Of a DNA stretch of 64,000 bases, positions 1 through 9,312 are shown piece after piece; the stretch's first letter is position 1, and each line of letters begins with the position of its first letter. Made by a program: the position numbers and the translations under genes. Origin of the DNA: a bacterium (GTDB taxonomy: Bacteria; Patescibacteriota; Minisyncoccia; Phycocordibacterales; CAIZLB01). The notes beneath the pieces are model-generated. The model saw nothing but the letters and a program-made list of their open reading frames with translations, made no database searches and was not told the origin of the DNA. The stretch is from positions 7,175 to 71,174 of the forward strand of contig JANOAN010000009.1 of NCBI GenBank assembly GCA_031411135.1, written 5' to 3'.

Positions 1-110
1 TTTTATCAGCGCTATCTTTGAAAGCACTAAAAATACTGCACTCAAAGATAGGGCCGAATTTCCAATATAAAAAACTTAAATTTCTATCCAAAACAATACT
101 ACACAAAAAA

Positions 111-133
111 GACCCCGTAAAGGGGTCATTTTT
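111..133 (+). terminator. Intrinsic terminator-like hairpin (gaccccgtaaaggggtc + T-run)
   Basis: Perfect 7-bp stem with 3-nt loop followed by tttttg. Probably terminates a plus-strand transcript entering from the left edge. Confidence 0.5.
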
Positions 134-149
134 GTCCATGGTTTTTATA

Positions 150-183
150 AAAAAACGCGGAACCTCCTTTCGAAGGTTCCGCG
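150..183 (-). terminator. Intrinsic terminator of the minus-strand gene 206..706
   Basis: Hairpin cgcggaacc-tccttt-cgaaggttccgcg. It is preceded on the plus strand by an A-run, which is a T-run for minus-strand transcription. Confidence 0.55.
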
Positions 184-205
184 TTGTGAATTGCTCGTCG
201 GCCGA

Positions 206-706
206 TCAGTCGTGGTCGTCGTCGTGATCGTGATGATTCGGGTTTTCACCAACCGCAGTGATCTGTCTCGCAACGATCGCGAAGCGGTTAGTCATCACGA
301 AGATGGATTCGACGAGACCGAAGGCTAGCATGGCCCACATGGTCGTATTACTGGGGTCGAAGTGACCCTGCATGATTTGAACCACGAAGACCACCACGAC
401 GGTTGTCCATTCCAAGAGCCCTGTGATCTGGTCGAGGAGGAATGCCCCCTTGCCCAGTTCGTGGGTTGTCATGGTTTTGGCGATCTCAAACATGAGAACG
501 ATGAACGTGATGCCGAAGAAGACCAGTTCGGCAGTGTGTCCCGGCTTCCATCCGTAGAGCGTAAGGGTCGCCCATGTGGCGACCAAGATCACAGCGCTCC
601 AGGTAAAGAGATGCCGGGAGTGTCGCGCAATGGCCATGATGCGGCCAAAGATCGACTTGCGTGGTTTTGCGGTTTTTGCGGGTGTTGGTGTTGCGGTAGT
701 TGTCAT
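206..706 (-). CDS. Hypothetical polytopic membrane protein with a His/Asp-rich C-terminal tail (HHDHDDDHD). GC-richer than its neighbours.
   Basis: 166-aa ORF with about 4 predicted hydrophobic helices. Acidic/His-rich tail suggests metal binding. Visibly higher GC than the surrounding genes. No family recognised. Confidence 0.5.
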   Translation of the reverse strand: MTTTATPTPAKTAKPRKSIFGRIMAIARHSRHLFTWSAVILVATWATLTLYGWKPGHTAELVFFGITFIVLMFEIAKTMTTHELGKGAFLLDQITGLLEWTTVVVVFVVQIMQGHFDPSNTTMWAMLAFGLVESIFVMTNRFAIVARQITAVGENPNHHDHDDDHD

Positions 707-738
707 GAGTCTGGTTGTTGGTTGTGAACCGTAAGCAA

Positions 739-786
739 TTTTTAGTTACGGGTTTTCAAAGTAAATACATATTTACCCTCAAAACC
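739..786. repeat. 12-bp perfect inverted repeat (gttacgggtttt ... aaaacccgtaac) with a 24-nt spacer, just upstream of the gene 206..706
   Basis: Read directly from the sequence. A second small hairpin (ccgtaa..ttacgg) lies immediately 5' of it. Confidence 0.5.
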
Positions 787-860
787 CGTAACTAATCTAT
801 TAAAGAACTTTGTAATATAGTACACTAGATATAGCAATTTGTCAATGTAACGTAATCAAC

Positions 861-893
861 AAAAAAAAGCGACCTTTCGATCGCTCTTTTTAT
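861..893 (-). terminator. Terminator downstream of rpmA
   Basis: Hairpin agcga-cctttcga-tcgct flanked by an A-run and a T-run, so it could act in both directions. Confidence 0.5.
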
Positions 894-898
894 TCTTT

Positions 899-1171
899 CT
901 ACTCTACCTCTACTGTTCGCTTCTTTGTAATTGTATTGTCGAAGTTTACCTTTCGCTTTGTACCGTATTTTACAGTACCTTCTTTCTTTGCATATAAAGT
1001 GTGGTCAGATCCGACACCTACGTTTTTACCAGCCATGATTTTAGTACCACGCTGTCGTACGATAATAGATCCTGCAGATGCCTTTTCTCCTGCATAGAGT
1101 TTAATACCCAAGTACTGTGGGTTAGAGTCGGTGAGGTTTTTAGCGCTACCTCCAGCTTTTTTGGTTGCCAT
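899..1171 (-). CDS. rpmA: 50S ribosomal protein L27
   Basis: 90-aa ORF with the L27 signature: MA.KKAGGS..N..DS....LG.K...GE...[23 protein letters not shown]. Confidence 0.93.
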   Translation of the reverse strand: MATKKAGGSAKNLTDSNPQYLGIKLYAGEKASAGSIIVRQRGTKIMAGKNVGVGSDHTLYAKKEGTVKYGTKRKVNFDNTITKKRTVEVE

Positions 1172-1245
1172 TTTATAAGTATTTTAAGATTTCTTAATGT
1201 GTGGAGAATAGTATACCTAATTATACAACTTAATCAAGTCTTAAT

Positions 1246-1452
1246 ATGAGAAAAATCCTTTGGCCAGTAATTGCAACAGTTTCATTGGTTTTGAGTACCT
1301 ATGCCTTTATTTTAGGCTCTAAAGTCATTAAAAGTAGCCAAAACGCACCTCCAATTTACATAACTTATCCGGAAGGGTACAAGGATTTACCAGATTTACC
1401 ACCAAAACCCAAAACCATCAAGACCAAGAAGTCAAAGCTTGAAAAACCCTAA
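1246..1452 (+). CDS. Small membrane-anchored hypothetical protein
   Basis: 68-aa ORF with an N-terminal TM helix and a Pro/Lys-rich tail. Confidence 0.35.
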   Translation: MRKILWPVIATVSLVLSTYAFILGSKVIKSSQNAPPIYITYPEGYKDLPDLPPKPKTIKTKKSKLEKP

Positions 1453-1538
1453 AAATGTGGTTTCATACAATTCGAGATTATACCCTTATTTAAAGTCATT
1501 TAATAGCACATTCTACATGCAAAATCGCCTTAAAAGCA

Positions 1539-1567
1539 TTGACAGGAGACTTCAGACGTGCTAGTAT
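1539..1567 (+). promoter_or_regulatory. Sigma70-like promoter (TTGACA – 17 nt – TGcTAGTAT)
   Basis: Consensus -35 box, 17-nt spacer and an extended -10 box, about 120 nt upstream of the ORF at 1688. Confidence 0.5.
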
Positions 1568-1576
1568 GTTTGAGTA

Positions 1577-1598
1577 CCACATGACAGCATGTGGTTTT
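1577..1598 (+). terminator. Leader hairpin + T-run (attenuator-like) about 15 nt downstream of the predicted start site
   Basis: ccacatgacagcatgtgg followed by ttttatt. Lies within the 5' leader of gene 1688..2143. Confidence 0.35.
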
Positions 1599-1687
1599 AT
1601 TGTGCAAGCGTTTAAACCTGCCTCATCTGACAAACGCATTATTAATTAAGGAATTGGCTTATTTTACAACTATCTATCGGACTAGCT

Positions 1688-2143
1688 ATGCTTGCTTCAG
1701 GATTCTTGGGTAACAGCCAACCGGTTGAAACCGCAGAAGCCACAACAACCATCGCTATTACTGCAACCACAACAGCGAACCTTAACATCAATAAAAACTA
1801 CAACTTGGCACAGAAGGTAAGAAACTTTACCTCTGATAAGCCATTGATGGCAGAAATTGCCTCATGTGAATCTCACTTTAGACAGTACGAAAAGAATGGA
1901 TCAGTTCTTCGAGGACGAGTAAATAACAAGGATGTCGGACTATTCCAGATCAATGAGTACTACCACCTAGAACGATCAAAAAAACTTGGGTACGATATCT
2001 ATTCAGTAGAAGGGAACATGGCCTATGCTAGACGCCTTTATAGTGAAGAGGGTCCAACCCCTTGGTCATCATCGTCTCCTTGTTGGTCAAAGACTACTGC
2101 GTACAAAGACTACCAGTTAGCAAGTCAGCTTGCGGTTAAGTAA
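1688..2143 (+). CDS. Lytic-transglycosylase-like (SLT/lysozyme-like) small protein
   Basis: Motif IASCESHFRQY...DVGLFQINE matches the catalytic E-S ... GL(F/M)QI signature of transglycosylase SLT-type domains. Thr/Ala-rich N-terminus. Confidence 0.5.
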   Translation: MLASGFLGNSQPVETAEATTTIAITATTTANLNINKNYNLAQKVRNFTSDKPLMAEIASCESHFRQYEKNGSVLRGRVNNKDVGLFQINEYYHLERSKKLGYDIYSVEGNMAYARRLYSEEGPTPWSSSSPCWSKTTAYKDYQLASQLAVK

Positions 2144-2346
2144 AAGATACCTAAAAACAAAAATACCTTCATTAAATATGAGGGTATTTTTGTTTTTAGG
2201 TAATTATTGAAAATTTAGAGTTATCAACAGTATATACTAAAAACCTTGACTTAATATTTTATTAACTGCATAATTAAGCTCGGATACTGGATGTGCAATG
2301 CATGTTCAGAGAGGGTAGTGAAATTCAACCTCAACTACGGAAACAA

Positions 2347-2994
2347 ATGAACAAACTGCTTCTACTGTGGCTTTTAGCCACGTCAGCTATGGTGGCAAGT
2401 GCTACCCCTGTCTCGTACTCTGGACACACTTCATCCGGAAGTGCGAATGACCCGATCACTGGTGGTCAGTTCACCTACGACACTGGTTTGAACTTTGACT
2501 ATGAAATCCGCCTGTTTCCATACGGTGATGGACAGTTCATCACAATATTCGTCTACCCTCGGAATAATCCGGGAATGGTGGAAAGGTTCACCATTGGGGC
2601 GGGTATGCCACTAGCGCAAAGTCCCGGCAACCTGCCGATCGGTGTTGAAATCCCATCGTCGATGGACGGTGTCCTCGGTGATAACACTATCGCGTACGGA
2701 GCTATTAACAGTTCGATCTACTCACCTACGTCCACGGGACTGGGTTACATCAAGATCCTGGGCTACACTCCGGGTACACTTCTGAGCGGGATCGATACCA
2801 GTTTAGCGGTCGAAATGCGCCAGATTACTACTGGCACAGACGGTTTGCCGTCAGTGTCAGATGCGACACTGTGGTACAACTACACTACGATACCCGTGTC
2901 GGCACCTACACCAGAATTGGGGAGTGCGGTTCTGCTTATTATAGGGTTTGTGTGCCTCGTGATACTTCGTCACCGAAAAATCCGAACAGAGTGA
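2347..2994 (+). CDS. Secreted or surface protein with an N-terminal signal peptide and a C-terminal sorting-signal-like anchor (PTPELG + TM + RHRK)
   Basis: Start moved to MNKLLLLWLLATSAMVASA (signal peptide). C-terminus PTPELGSAVLLIIGFVCLVILRHRKIRTE resembles PEP-CTERM/LPXTG-type anchors. GC-richer than neighbours. Confidence 0.5.
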   Translation: MNKLLLLWLLATSAMVASATPVSYSGHTSSGSANDPITGGQFTYDTGLNFDYEIRLFPYGDGQFITIFVYPRNNPGMVERFTIGAGMPLAQSPGNLPIGVEIPSSMDGVLGDNTIAYGAINSSIYSPTSTGLGYIKILGYTPGTLLSGIDTSLAVEMRQITTGTDGLPSVSDATLWYNYTTIPVSAPTPELGSAVLLIIGFVCLVILRHRKIRTE

Positions 2995-3020
2995 CAGCAC
3001 AGTTCGGAAGAAGATCAAGA

Positions 3021-3062
3021 ACCCAGGCCTCGTTGCCACCGCAACGACGCCTGGGTTTTCTT
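3021..3062 (+). terminator. Nested GC-rich intrinsic terminator
   Basis: acccaggc..(cgttgc cacc gcaacg)..gcctgggt followed by tttc ttttt. Confidence 0.6.
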
Positions 3063-3101
3063 TTTATGCACATAATCATATCTGATATATAATGCCTTCA
3101 C

Positions 3102-4817
3102 ATGACCCAAGAACAAGCACTGGATATCTTAAAAATGGGTTACAACGCCTACATAACCGGCCCTGCAGGAAGCGGTAAGACCTACGTCTTAAATAAGTAT
3201 ATTTCATACCTTAAAAATAAAAATGTTGAAATTGGTGTCACTGCTTCAACTGGTATTGCAGCAACTCATATAGGTGGAGTAACGATTCATTCGTGGACTG
3301 GGATGGGAATCAAAAGTGTTTTGACTGAATATGATATTGAAGCGCTTCAAGAAAAACAATATTTATGGAAGCGCTTCGAAAAAGTAAAAGTGTTGGTCAT
3401 CGACGAAATCTCTATGCTTCATCATTTTCGATTGGACTTGGTGGATAAAGTTTGTAAAGGTTTCAAGAGAAACAATAAGCCATTTGGTGGCATACAGGTA
3501 ATATTGTGTGGAGATTTTTTTCAGTTGCCACCAGTTTCAACCTCGTTTGATGAGGCAGGATATTTTGTCTACCACTCCGAATCATGGAAAAATAGTAACT
3601 TTAAAATTTGCTACCTTGAAGAACAACACCGTCAATTAGACAATGCAACCATTTCTATTTTAAATGAAATTCGAAATAACAATGTAAGCCAGAAAAGCTT
3701 TGAAATACTACAGAGTAAAATTGCATTACCACACACTGATGTAGACGGAGCTTTTTCACCAACCAGACTTTATACACATAATGTCGACGTAGACATGATT
3801 AATTATAAGGAATTAGAAAAGATAAAAACAGATGAAAAAACTTTTGAAATGATTTCAAGGGGAGGGGACTTGCTTGTGGACTTATTAAAAAAATCTTGTC
3901 TTGCACTTCCAAAAATAAAATTAAAAGTCGGAGCGAAAGTCATGTTTGTGAAAAATAATTTTGAAGTTGGATATGTAAACGGAACACTTGGAACCGTAAC
4001 CGCGATTGGCAAAAACGGGCCGGTTGTTCGGACTTATAAAGGCCAGATTATCGACGTTGAGCCAGCAAGTTGGAAAATTGAAGAGGATGGAAAGGTAAAA
4101 GCAGAAATCACTCAATACCCACTTCGTCTTGCTTGGGCCATCACAGTTCATAAAAGCCAAGGAATGAGCCTTGATTACGTCGAGGTGGACCTCTCAAAAT
4201 CATTTGAGAGGGGAATGGGGTATGTGGCACTTTCCAGAGTTCGCTCGATTGATGGGCTTCGAATTATTGGACTCAACGACACTGCATTAAAAGTAAGTGA
4301 CGAAGTCGTGGAATTCGACGAAGAACTTCGAGAAAAATCAGCTAACACTGTGAGGGGATTTATGGATCTTGAAAAATTAGAAGTTAAAAAACGCCAAACC
4401 GACTTTCTAAAAAACATTGGTGCAGAAAACACTGACCCTGATGATGTGGCAAAAAACACATCAACAAAAAAGACAAAGAAACCTGGCACGTTTGAACTCA
4501 CAAAAAATTTAATCTTAGAAGAACGTTCACTCGACGACATTTCGCATATTAGAAATTTAAAAGTAGAGACCATTCTAGAGCATTGTGAAAAAATTCTTAA
4601 GGAGGATCCTCTGTTTGATTTTTCAACATTATACAAGGCTGTGAGTATTAGAAAGCAAACTAGAATTATCGAAGCTTTCAAAAAAGCTCATAAAATTTCA
4701 GGAAAATTTAACCTAGAAAAGGCAACTTTGGCACCAGTAAAACATCTTTTAGATGGAACCTTCAGTTATGTAGAAATTCGAACAGTGCGGATGATGTTAT
4801 TTCAGGATATGATATAA
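3102..4817 (+). CDS. PIF1/RecD-family ATP-dependent 5'-3' DNA helicase
   Basis: Walker A GPAGSGKT, Walker B VLVIDEISM, and motifs typical of PIF1/AAA_30 helicases (QLPPV, the C-terminal region containing ITVHKSQG). C-terminal extension of about 120 aa. Confidence 0.75.
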   Translation: MTQEQALDILKMGYNAYITGPAGSGKTYVLNKYISYLKNKNVEIGVTASTGIAATHIGGVTIHSWTGMGIKSVLTEYDIEALQEKQYLWKRFEKVKVLVIDEISMLHHFRLDLVDKVCKGFKRNNKPFGGIQVILCGDFFQLPPVSTSFDEAGYFVYHSESWKNSNFKICYLEEQHRQLDNATISILNEIRNNNVSQKSFEILQSKIALPHTDVDGAFSPTRLYTHNVDVDMINYKELEKIKTDEKTFEMISRGGDLLVDLLKKSCLALPKIKLKVGAKVMFVKNNFEVGYVNGTLGTVTAIGKNGPVVRTYKGQIIDVEPASWKIEEDGKVKAEITQYPLRLAWAITVHKSQGMSLDYVEVDLSKSFERGMGYVALSRVRSIDGLRIIGLNDTALKVSDEVVEFDEELREKSANTVRGFMDLEKLEVKKRQTDFLKNIGAENTDPDDVAKNTSTKKTKKPGTFELTKNLILEERSLDDISHIRNLKVETILEHCEKILKEDPLFDFSTLYKAVSIRKQTRIIEAFKKAHKISGKFNLEKATLAPVKHLLDGTFSYVEIRTVRMMLFQDMI

Positions 4818-4864
4818 TTTAGTCGCGCTTCAATCGTCATTGCGCGATCTGATTTTGCAAAATC

Positions 4865-5347
4865 ATGAATTTCATAACAACTTACATATACCCAATTTTT
4901 GTTTACTTACCAACAGTTCTTCTCATTACATATTGTTTAAGTGAAATGGTCTGGTCTCACAGACTTAACAATCATCCTTCTTGGGTTTTTACAAAATCTT
5001 TTTTTCTTTTAATGGGAACTTCGGTTTCGTATTTAGCCATCTCGATGGGGAACAATGATTCAAATTTTTACATGCCACATATTTTGAATTTCTTTTTCCT
5101 ATACGCAGTTATTCTTTTTAGTATACTTTCGGCTGCTTATATTTTAAAGCTTTTAAGGGTCACTTGGTCTCATGAATTTAATATAGTTCAACAAAAGCAT
5201 AATTTAGGAAGCCTGGTGATCCGTCTTTTAATTAGAACTCAAAAGTTTATTTTGGACACACATTTTGCTCAAGTAATCGCTTTCGTAGGACTTTTACTGG
5301 TACTTATGGGTCTTTTGTTTGGACAAATAGTCACCTCACTCAGGTAG
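4865..5347 (+). CDS. Hypothetical polytopic membrane protein
   Basis: 160-aa ORF with about 5 hydrophobic helices. No motif recognised. Confidence 0.4.
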   Translation: MNFITTYIYPIFVYLPTVLLITYCLSEMVWSHRLNNHPSWVFTKSFFLLMGTSVSYLAISMGNNDSNFYMPHILNFFFLYAVILFSILSAAYILKLLRVTWSHEFNIVQQKHNLGSLVIRLLIRTQKFILDTHFAQVIAFVGLLLVLMGLLFGQIVTSLR

Positions 5348-5495
5348 TTGACAAATATTTAAAATAGTAGGATAATAGTAACATAAGGTTCTTTTATAAA
5401 GCTCGTTGGATGCAATAAGGGCAGGGTATTAGCCTTTTCTTATTGCATCCTGCGGGAATCCTTCCTCAGGGGCAAAACCCACTACTAATAACCGT

Positions 5496-5696
5496 ATGAA
5501 AACTCTAGCGGATTTAATAGCCATTGGAACGGTGATAGTTTGCTTCATTGGCTTAGTCAAAGTCACTGATGAGGCCACGCGGTACTTCGCAACTACCAAC
5601 CCGGTCCCGAAAGAAAACAAGGAGAGAAAACTCTCCCCAAAGAAGGAACTAAAGGTCTACGACCCGCAATATCTTGCAGGTCTTAAGAACTTCTAG
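5496..5696 (+). CDS. Small membrane protein (hypothetical)
   Basis: 66-aa ORF with an N-terminal TM helix and a basic tail. Followed by the strong terminator at 5701–5772. Confidence 0.35.
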   Translation: MKTLADLIAIGTVIVCFIGLVKVTDEATRYFATTNPVPKENKERKLSPKKELKVYDPQYLAGLKNF

Positions 5697-5700
5697 ATAC

Positions 5701-5772
5701 AACAACACCCACGCGTGGCGCTGCCGAGTCCTAGTCAGGATTCCGCAGTGCTCGCGAGTTGGGTGTTTTTTA
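5701..5772 (+). terminator. Long multi-level hairpin + T-run
   Basis: aacacccacgcg...cgcgagttgggtgtt enclosing two inner hairpins, then tttttt. Confidence 0.5.
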
Positions 5773-5904
5773 ATAGAGGGGATATAGGGCCAAAGTATAT
5801 ATACATGTCGCACAATATATCTTTTGCGACATAAGTACCTATAGAATACAGAAACCACTTCCCCGATAATATATTTAAAAATAGATAGGTTTTAAACCTT
5901 AACT

Positions 5905-6162
5905 TTACATCCCGGTACTACTTGCAGTTCCACTACTATTGGCCACTTCTCTTACAAAAACTAAAATTTGCAACAAATCATTCCATACCAAAATCAAAAT
6001 ATCTTTTACATATAATGCAAATTCTCTAACTGCGGGCTTGGATAACACACTTACTACATTTATGCCCAACAAATGAAGCATTACGATAGAAATAACTATT
6101 GCAACAATGAATTCAACGAATCCTCCAGATTGATTGCGGTATCCTTTAAAGTTTTTCTTCAT
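5905..6162 (-). CDS. Small membrane protein, possibly a prepilin-like N-terminus (GGFVEFIVAIVI)
   Basis: 85-aa ORF 2 nt downstream of asnB. The G-F-x-E-F + hydrophobic stretch is only loosely pilin-like. Confidence 0.3.
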   Translation of the reverse strand: MKKNFKGYRNQSGGFVEFIVAIVISIVMLHLLGINVVSVLSKPAVREFALYVKDILILVWNDLLQILVFVREVANSSGTASSTGM

Positions 6163-6163
6163 T

Positions 6164-8032
6164 TTATTTTCCTGTTAAAAGTCGGGCTAATTGAGTCTGA
6201 TCTATAGCTTTTATGTATATATCATACCATAACGCCAACATGAGTAGAATAAAGATCCGGCGTGAGTTATCCACTTTAAAAGGATCGTGGGTTTTAAATA
6301 GTAGATCTACTGAATCCACATTAAAATCTGACTTTATAAGCTCGTTATTAAGTACATAAGCCTTTATCGCATCCGGATTATCCTTCAGCCAATGCTTTAT
6401 AGGTGTTGGAAAGCCCAATTTTTTGCGTCCTGAAGTGGTTTCTGGCAGAATTCCTTTGAAAGCTTGACGTAAGGCATATTTCGTGGTTTTTCCTTTATAT
6501 TTCAAAACATCCGGGATAGTTGAAGAGACTTTGTAAACTTCCATATCAAGAAACGGCACACGAGCTTCTAACGAATGCGCCATCGTCATTTTGTCGGCCT
6601 TTGCTAGAATATCTCCAGTCAACCAGTAGTTTATATCAACCATTTGCATCTTTTTTGAATCAGACAAATTAGTAATTTTTTTATAAAAAGGAGAGAGGAG
6701 ATCAGCACTTCCCTGCCCACTTCCCTCTTTTAATAGTGAACCAATCTCAGACGTTGAAAAAACGCGTGCGTTACCGATATATCGCTCTTCAATTGATAAA
6801 AGCGATCGTTTTAAATAATTTTTTCCAAAGAAGTTAAACGGAAGCTTTGTTAATGGTTTTATAATAAATCGAGGAATCCATGATATAGCATTTAGTGCAA
6901 AAGGTTCTCGGTAAATATTATATCCTCCAAATAGTTCATCCGAGCCCTCGCCAGACAAAACTACCTTAACTTTTTTAGAAGCTTCGCGAGCTAGAAAATA
7001 CAAAGCTACCGCCGAAGGATCTGCCACTGGTTGATCAAAGTGCCATGCAATATTTGGTAAGTTTTTTAAATATTCATTAAAATCAACTTTTATTTCCGTA
7101 TGATTTGTACCTAATACATCTGAAACCTCACGGGCCTCTCTTTGTTCACTTACTTCATCAAAACCGATAGTAAAAGTCTGTACCGGATCCAGTCCGTTCT
7201 CTTTTCGAATTTTTTGCATCAACGTCACGATAACCGCGCTATCAATTCCACCTGAGAGAAATGCTCCAACCGGCACATCAGAGATCATGTGATGCTCGAC
7301 TGAGTCTTTCATGACATTAAAAATATCTTTTGAAAAATCCTTATCGCTATCTGCGCCAAACTGATACTCCCAATATTTTTTCACTTCATACGAGTTATTA
7401 TTTAAATCAATCTTCAAAAAGTGTCCCGATGGAAGTGTGTAAATATCTTTAAAAAACGTTTCTTTAAGAGGGTTATATTGAAACTCCATATATAGTGATA
7501 AAGCTTTTCTATTTAGCTCTCTCTTATATCTTTCATCCTTCAAAAGTGCCTTAATCTCAGAAGCATAACCAACCACAACTCCCTTTTCTAATCGATAATA
7601 AATCGGTTTAATTCCGAATTGATCTCGTGCAATAAACAAAATATTTTTCTTTTGGTCATAAATAGAAAATCCAAACATTCCTCGCAATTTATTCAGCATT
7701 TCTTCGCCGTATTCTTCGTATGCATGCACTAAAGTCTCCGTATCGCTTTCGGTCTTAAAAATGTGACCCTTAGACTTCAAATCCACTGACAATTCTTTGT
7801 AGTTATAAATCTCCCCGTTAAAAACAATCGTCACTGTGCCGTCCTCATTTGAAATTGGTTGATGTCCTCGCGACAAATCAATAATAGACAATCGACGCAT
7901 CCCAAAAGCAAACTTATCCTCAATTAAAAAACCGTCATCGTCCGGTCCTCGATGTTTAATTTCATCCACCATCAATTTGATGGCTTTCTCACTAATACTT
8001 TTTTCCGCTATAATTCCTGCAATTCCGCACAT
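6164..8032 (-). CDS. asnB: Asparagine synthetase (glutamine-hydrolysing)
   Basis: N-terminal MCGIAG (class-II amidotransferase Cys2) and SGGIDS PP-loop. 622 aa. Confidence 0.9.
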   Translation of the reverse strand: MCGIAGIIAEKSISEKAIKLMVDEIKHRGPDDDGFLIEDKFAFGMRRLSIIDLSRGHQPISNEDGTVTIVFNGEIYNYKELSVDLKSKGHIFKTESDTETLVHAYEEYGEEMLNKLRGMFGFSIYDQKKNILFIARDQFGIKPIYYRLEKGVVVGYASEIKALLKDERYKRELNRKALSLYMEFQYNPLKETFFKDIYTLPSGHFLKIDLNNNSYEVKKYWEYQFGADSDKDFSKDIFNVMKDSVEHHMISDVPVGAFLSGGIDSAVIVTLMQKIRKENGLDPVQTFTIGFDEVSEQREAREVSDVLGTNHTEIKVDFNEYLKNLPNIAWHFDQPVADPSAVALYFLAREASKKVKVVLSGEGSDELFGGYNIYREPFALNAISWIPRFIIKPLTKLPFNFFGKNYLKRSLLSIEERYIGNARVFSTSEIGSLLKEGSGQGSADLLSPFYKKITNLSDSKKMQMVDINYWLTGDILAKADKMTMAHSLEARVPFLDMEVYKVSSTIPDVLKYKGKTTKYALRQAFKGILPETTSGRKKLGFPTPIKHWLKDNPDAIKAYVLNNELIKSDFNVDSVDLLFKTHDPFKVDNSRRIFILLMLALWYDIYIKAIDQTQLARLLTGK

Positions 8033-8037
8033 AAGTT

Positions 8038-9312
8038 TTATTTTTTAGGAGGTAAATATAACATAGGGTCTAAATACGCATCAACCGCTGAAACTGGCAT
8101 TGTTAGGCTTTTTCCAGGGCAGGACGCGCTTGGTCTAGTCTGCACGTTTACCGCTGTTGCCACATAAACACTAAGGTGTAGGTGAGGCCCTGTGCTATAG
8201 CCCGTATTTCCACTATAGCCGATAATTTGTCCTGCATCCACCTTATCACCCGCTTTAACACTTATGACCGACATATGGCCATATGTGGCCGCTAAACCGT
8301 TGTTAAACTTGATAAGTACCCATTTACCGAAAGACACCCTTCTACAATCTATATCTGTATCCCCTGTTCCTGCTACAATCCCAGAAGCGACTGCTTTTAA
8401 AGTTGTCCCAACAGGTACGCCAAAATCCATTCCATTGTGAGAGCCTGAAAGATACAATCTCTTACCTGCAGCAGTTTTTCCGAATAGTTGAGTAATTCGA
8501 ACATCATCTACTGGCCACATTAATGCCGATGAACCTGATTGCGGAATACTATTTGGATCAAGCTGAAACTTAATTTTAGATTCATAGTCGAAGATTTCCT
8601 TTTCGAATGCAATTTTTTTAGCAGTCGCATCAGCCAGAAGTTTTTGATACGCCGCTTCTTCTGACTTTGTATCAGTTAATGTCTTCTGCTGCTCAGTTTT
8701 TGTAACTTCAACTACCTTTTTCTTGCCCGTCAATTCCTTTTGCAAATCAGCTAATTCCTGCTTGGTTTTTTCTACTGCGGTTTTATTAGTCTCAAGTTTT
8801 TGCTTTTCATTTTTAATCTGAGAAACTTTATCTTGGATACCTGCATTAAATTGGTCTTGTTCATCAAGCTTTACAAAGAAATCAGAAAAGTTTTTATTGT
8901 TCAGTAAGTTGATAACTACGTGAAAATTATCATTCTGGGAAATCTCTCTAAGGCTCTTTTCCAAACCATCATGTAATGTATCTATCTTATTCTTTGAATC
9001 AGTAATTTTCGAAGAGAGTTGTTTAATGTTTAAGTTGGCAGAATCAATTTTGGTTTGAATTTTAGTAATCTCCAGGGTCAGTGCTTTTCGACTTTGTTCT
9101 AAAACAGTGAGCTGCTGTTTTAGACTCGCCCCTTTATCACTCGCCTGGGAGGCGAGGTTCTGATACTTGGCAATTTCAACATTCAAAGCCTGGATTTTCT
9201 GATTCTTATCGTCAATTTCTCTTTGAAGTGCAGCCACGTCCACACTCTGGGCACTTGCAAAAGGTGCTACAACAAGAAGTATTATTAAAATAAAAAGCTT
9301 ATTCATTTTCAT
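8038..9312 (-). CDS. Secreted coiled-coil M23 family peptidoglycan endopeptidase (EnvC-like)
   Basis: Signal peptide, long coiled-coil region, and a C-terminal M23 domain (H..D ... GNTGYSTGPHLHL). Confidence 0.8.
   Translation of the reverse strand: MKMNKLFILIILLVVAPFASAQSVDVAALQREIDDKNQKIQALNVEIAKYQNLASQASDKGASLKQQLTVLEQSRKALTLEITKIQTKIDSANLNIKQLSSKITDSKNKIDTLHDGLEKSLREISQNDNFHVVINLLNNKNFSDFFVKLDEQDQFNAGIQDKVSQIKNEKQKLETNKTAVEKTKQELADLQKELTGKKKVVEVTKTEQQKTLTDTKSEEAAYQKLLADATAKKIAFEKEIFDYESKIKFQLDPNSIPQSGSSALMWPVDDVRITQLFGKTAAGKRLYLSGSHNGMDFGVPVGTTLKAVASGIVAGTGDTDIDCRRVSFGKWVLIKFNNGLAATYGHMSVISVKAGDKVDAGQIIGYSGNTGYSTGPHLHLSVYVATAVNVQTRPSASCPGKSLTMPVSAVDAYLDPMLYLPPKK

Noticed and set aside
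18-227. 69-aa plus-strand ORF at the window start
   Set aside because: It spans two back-to-back terminator hairpins and overlaps the 3' end of the minus-strand gene. Probably non-coding.
362-727. 121-aa plus-strand ORF antisense to the membrane-protein gene 206..706
   Set aside because: It is a His/Cys/Asp-rich mirror ORF generated by the GC-rich antisense strand. The minus-strand ORF has coherent TM helices and a terminator.
4175-4681. 168-aa minus-strand ORF inside the PIF1-like helicase gene
   Set aside because: Ser/Phe-rich low-complexity antisense translation.
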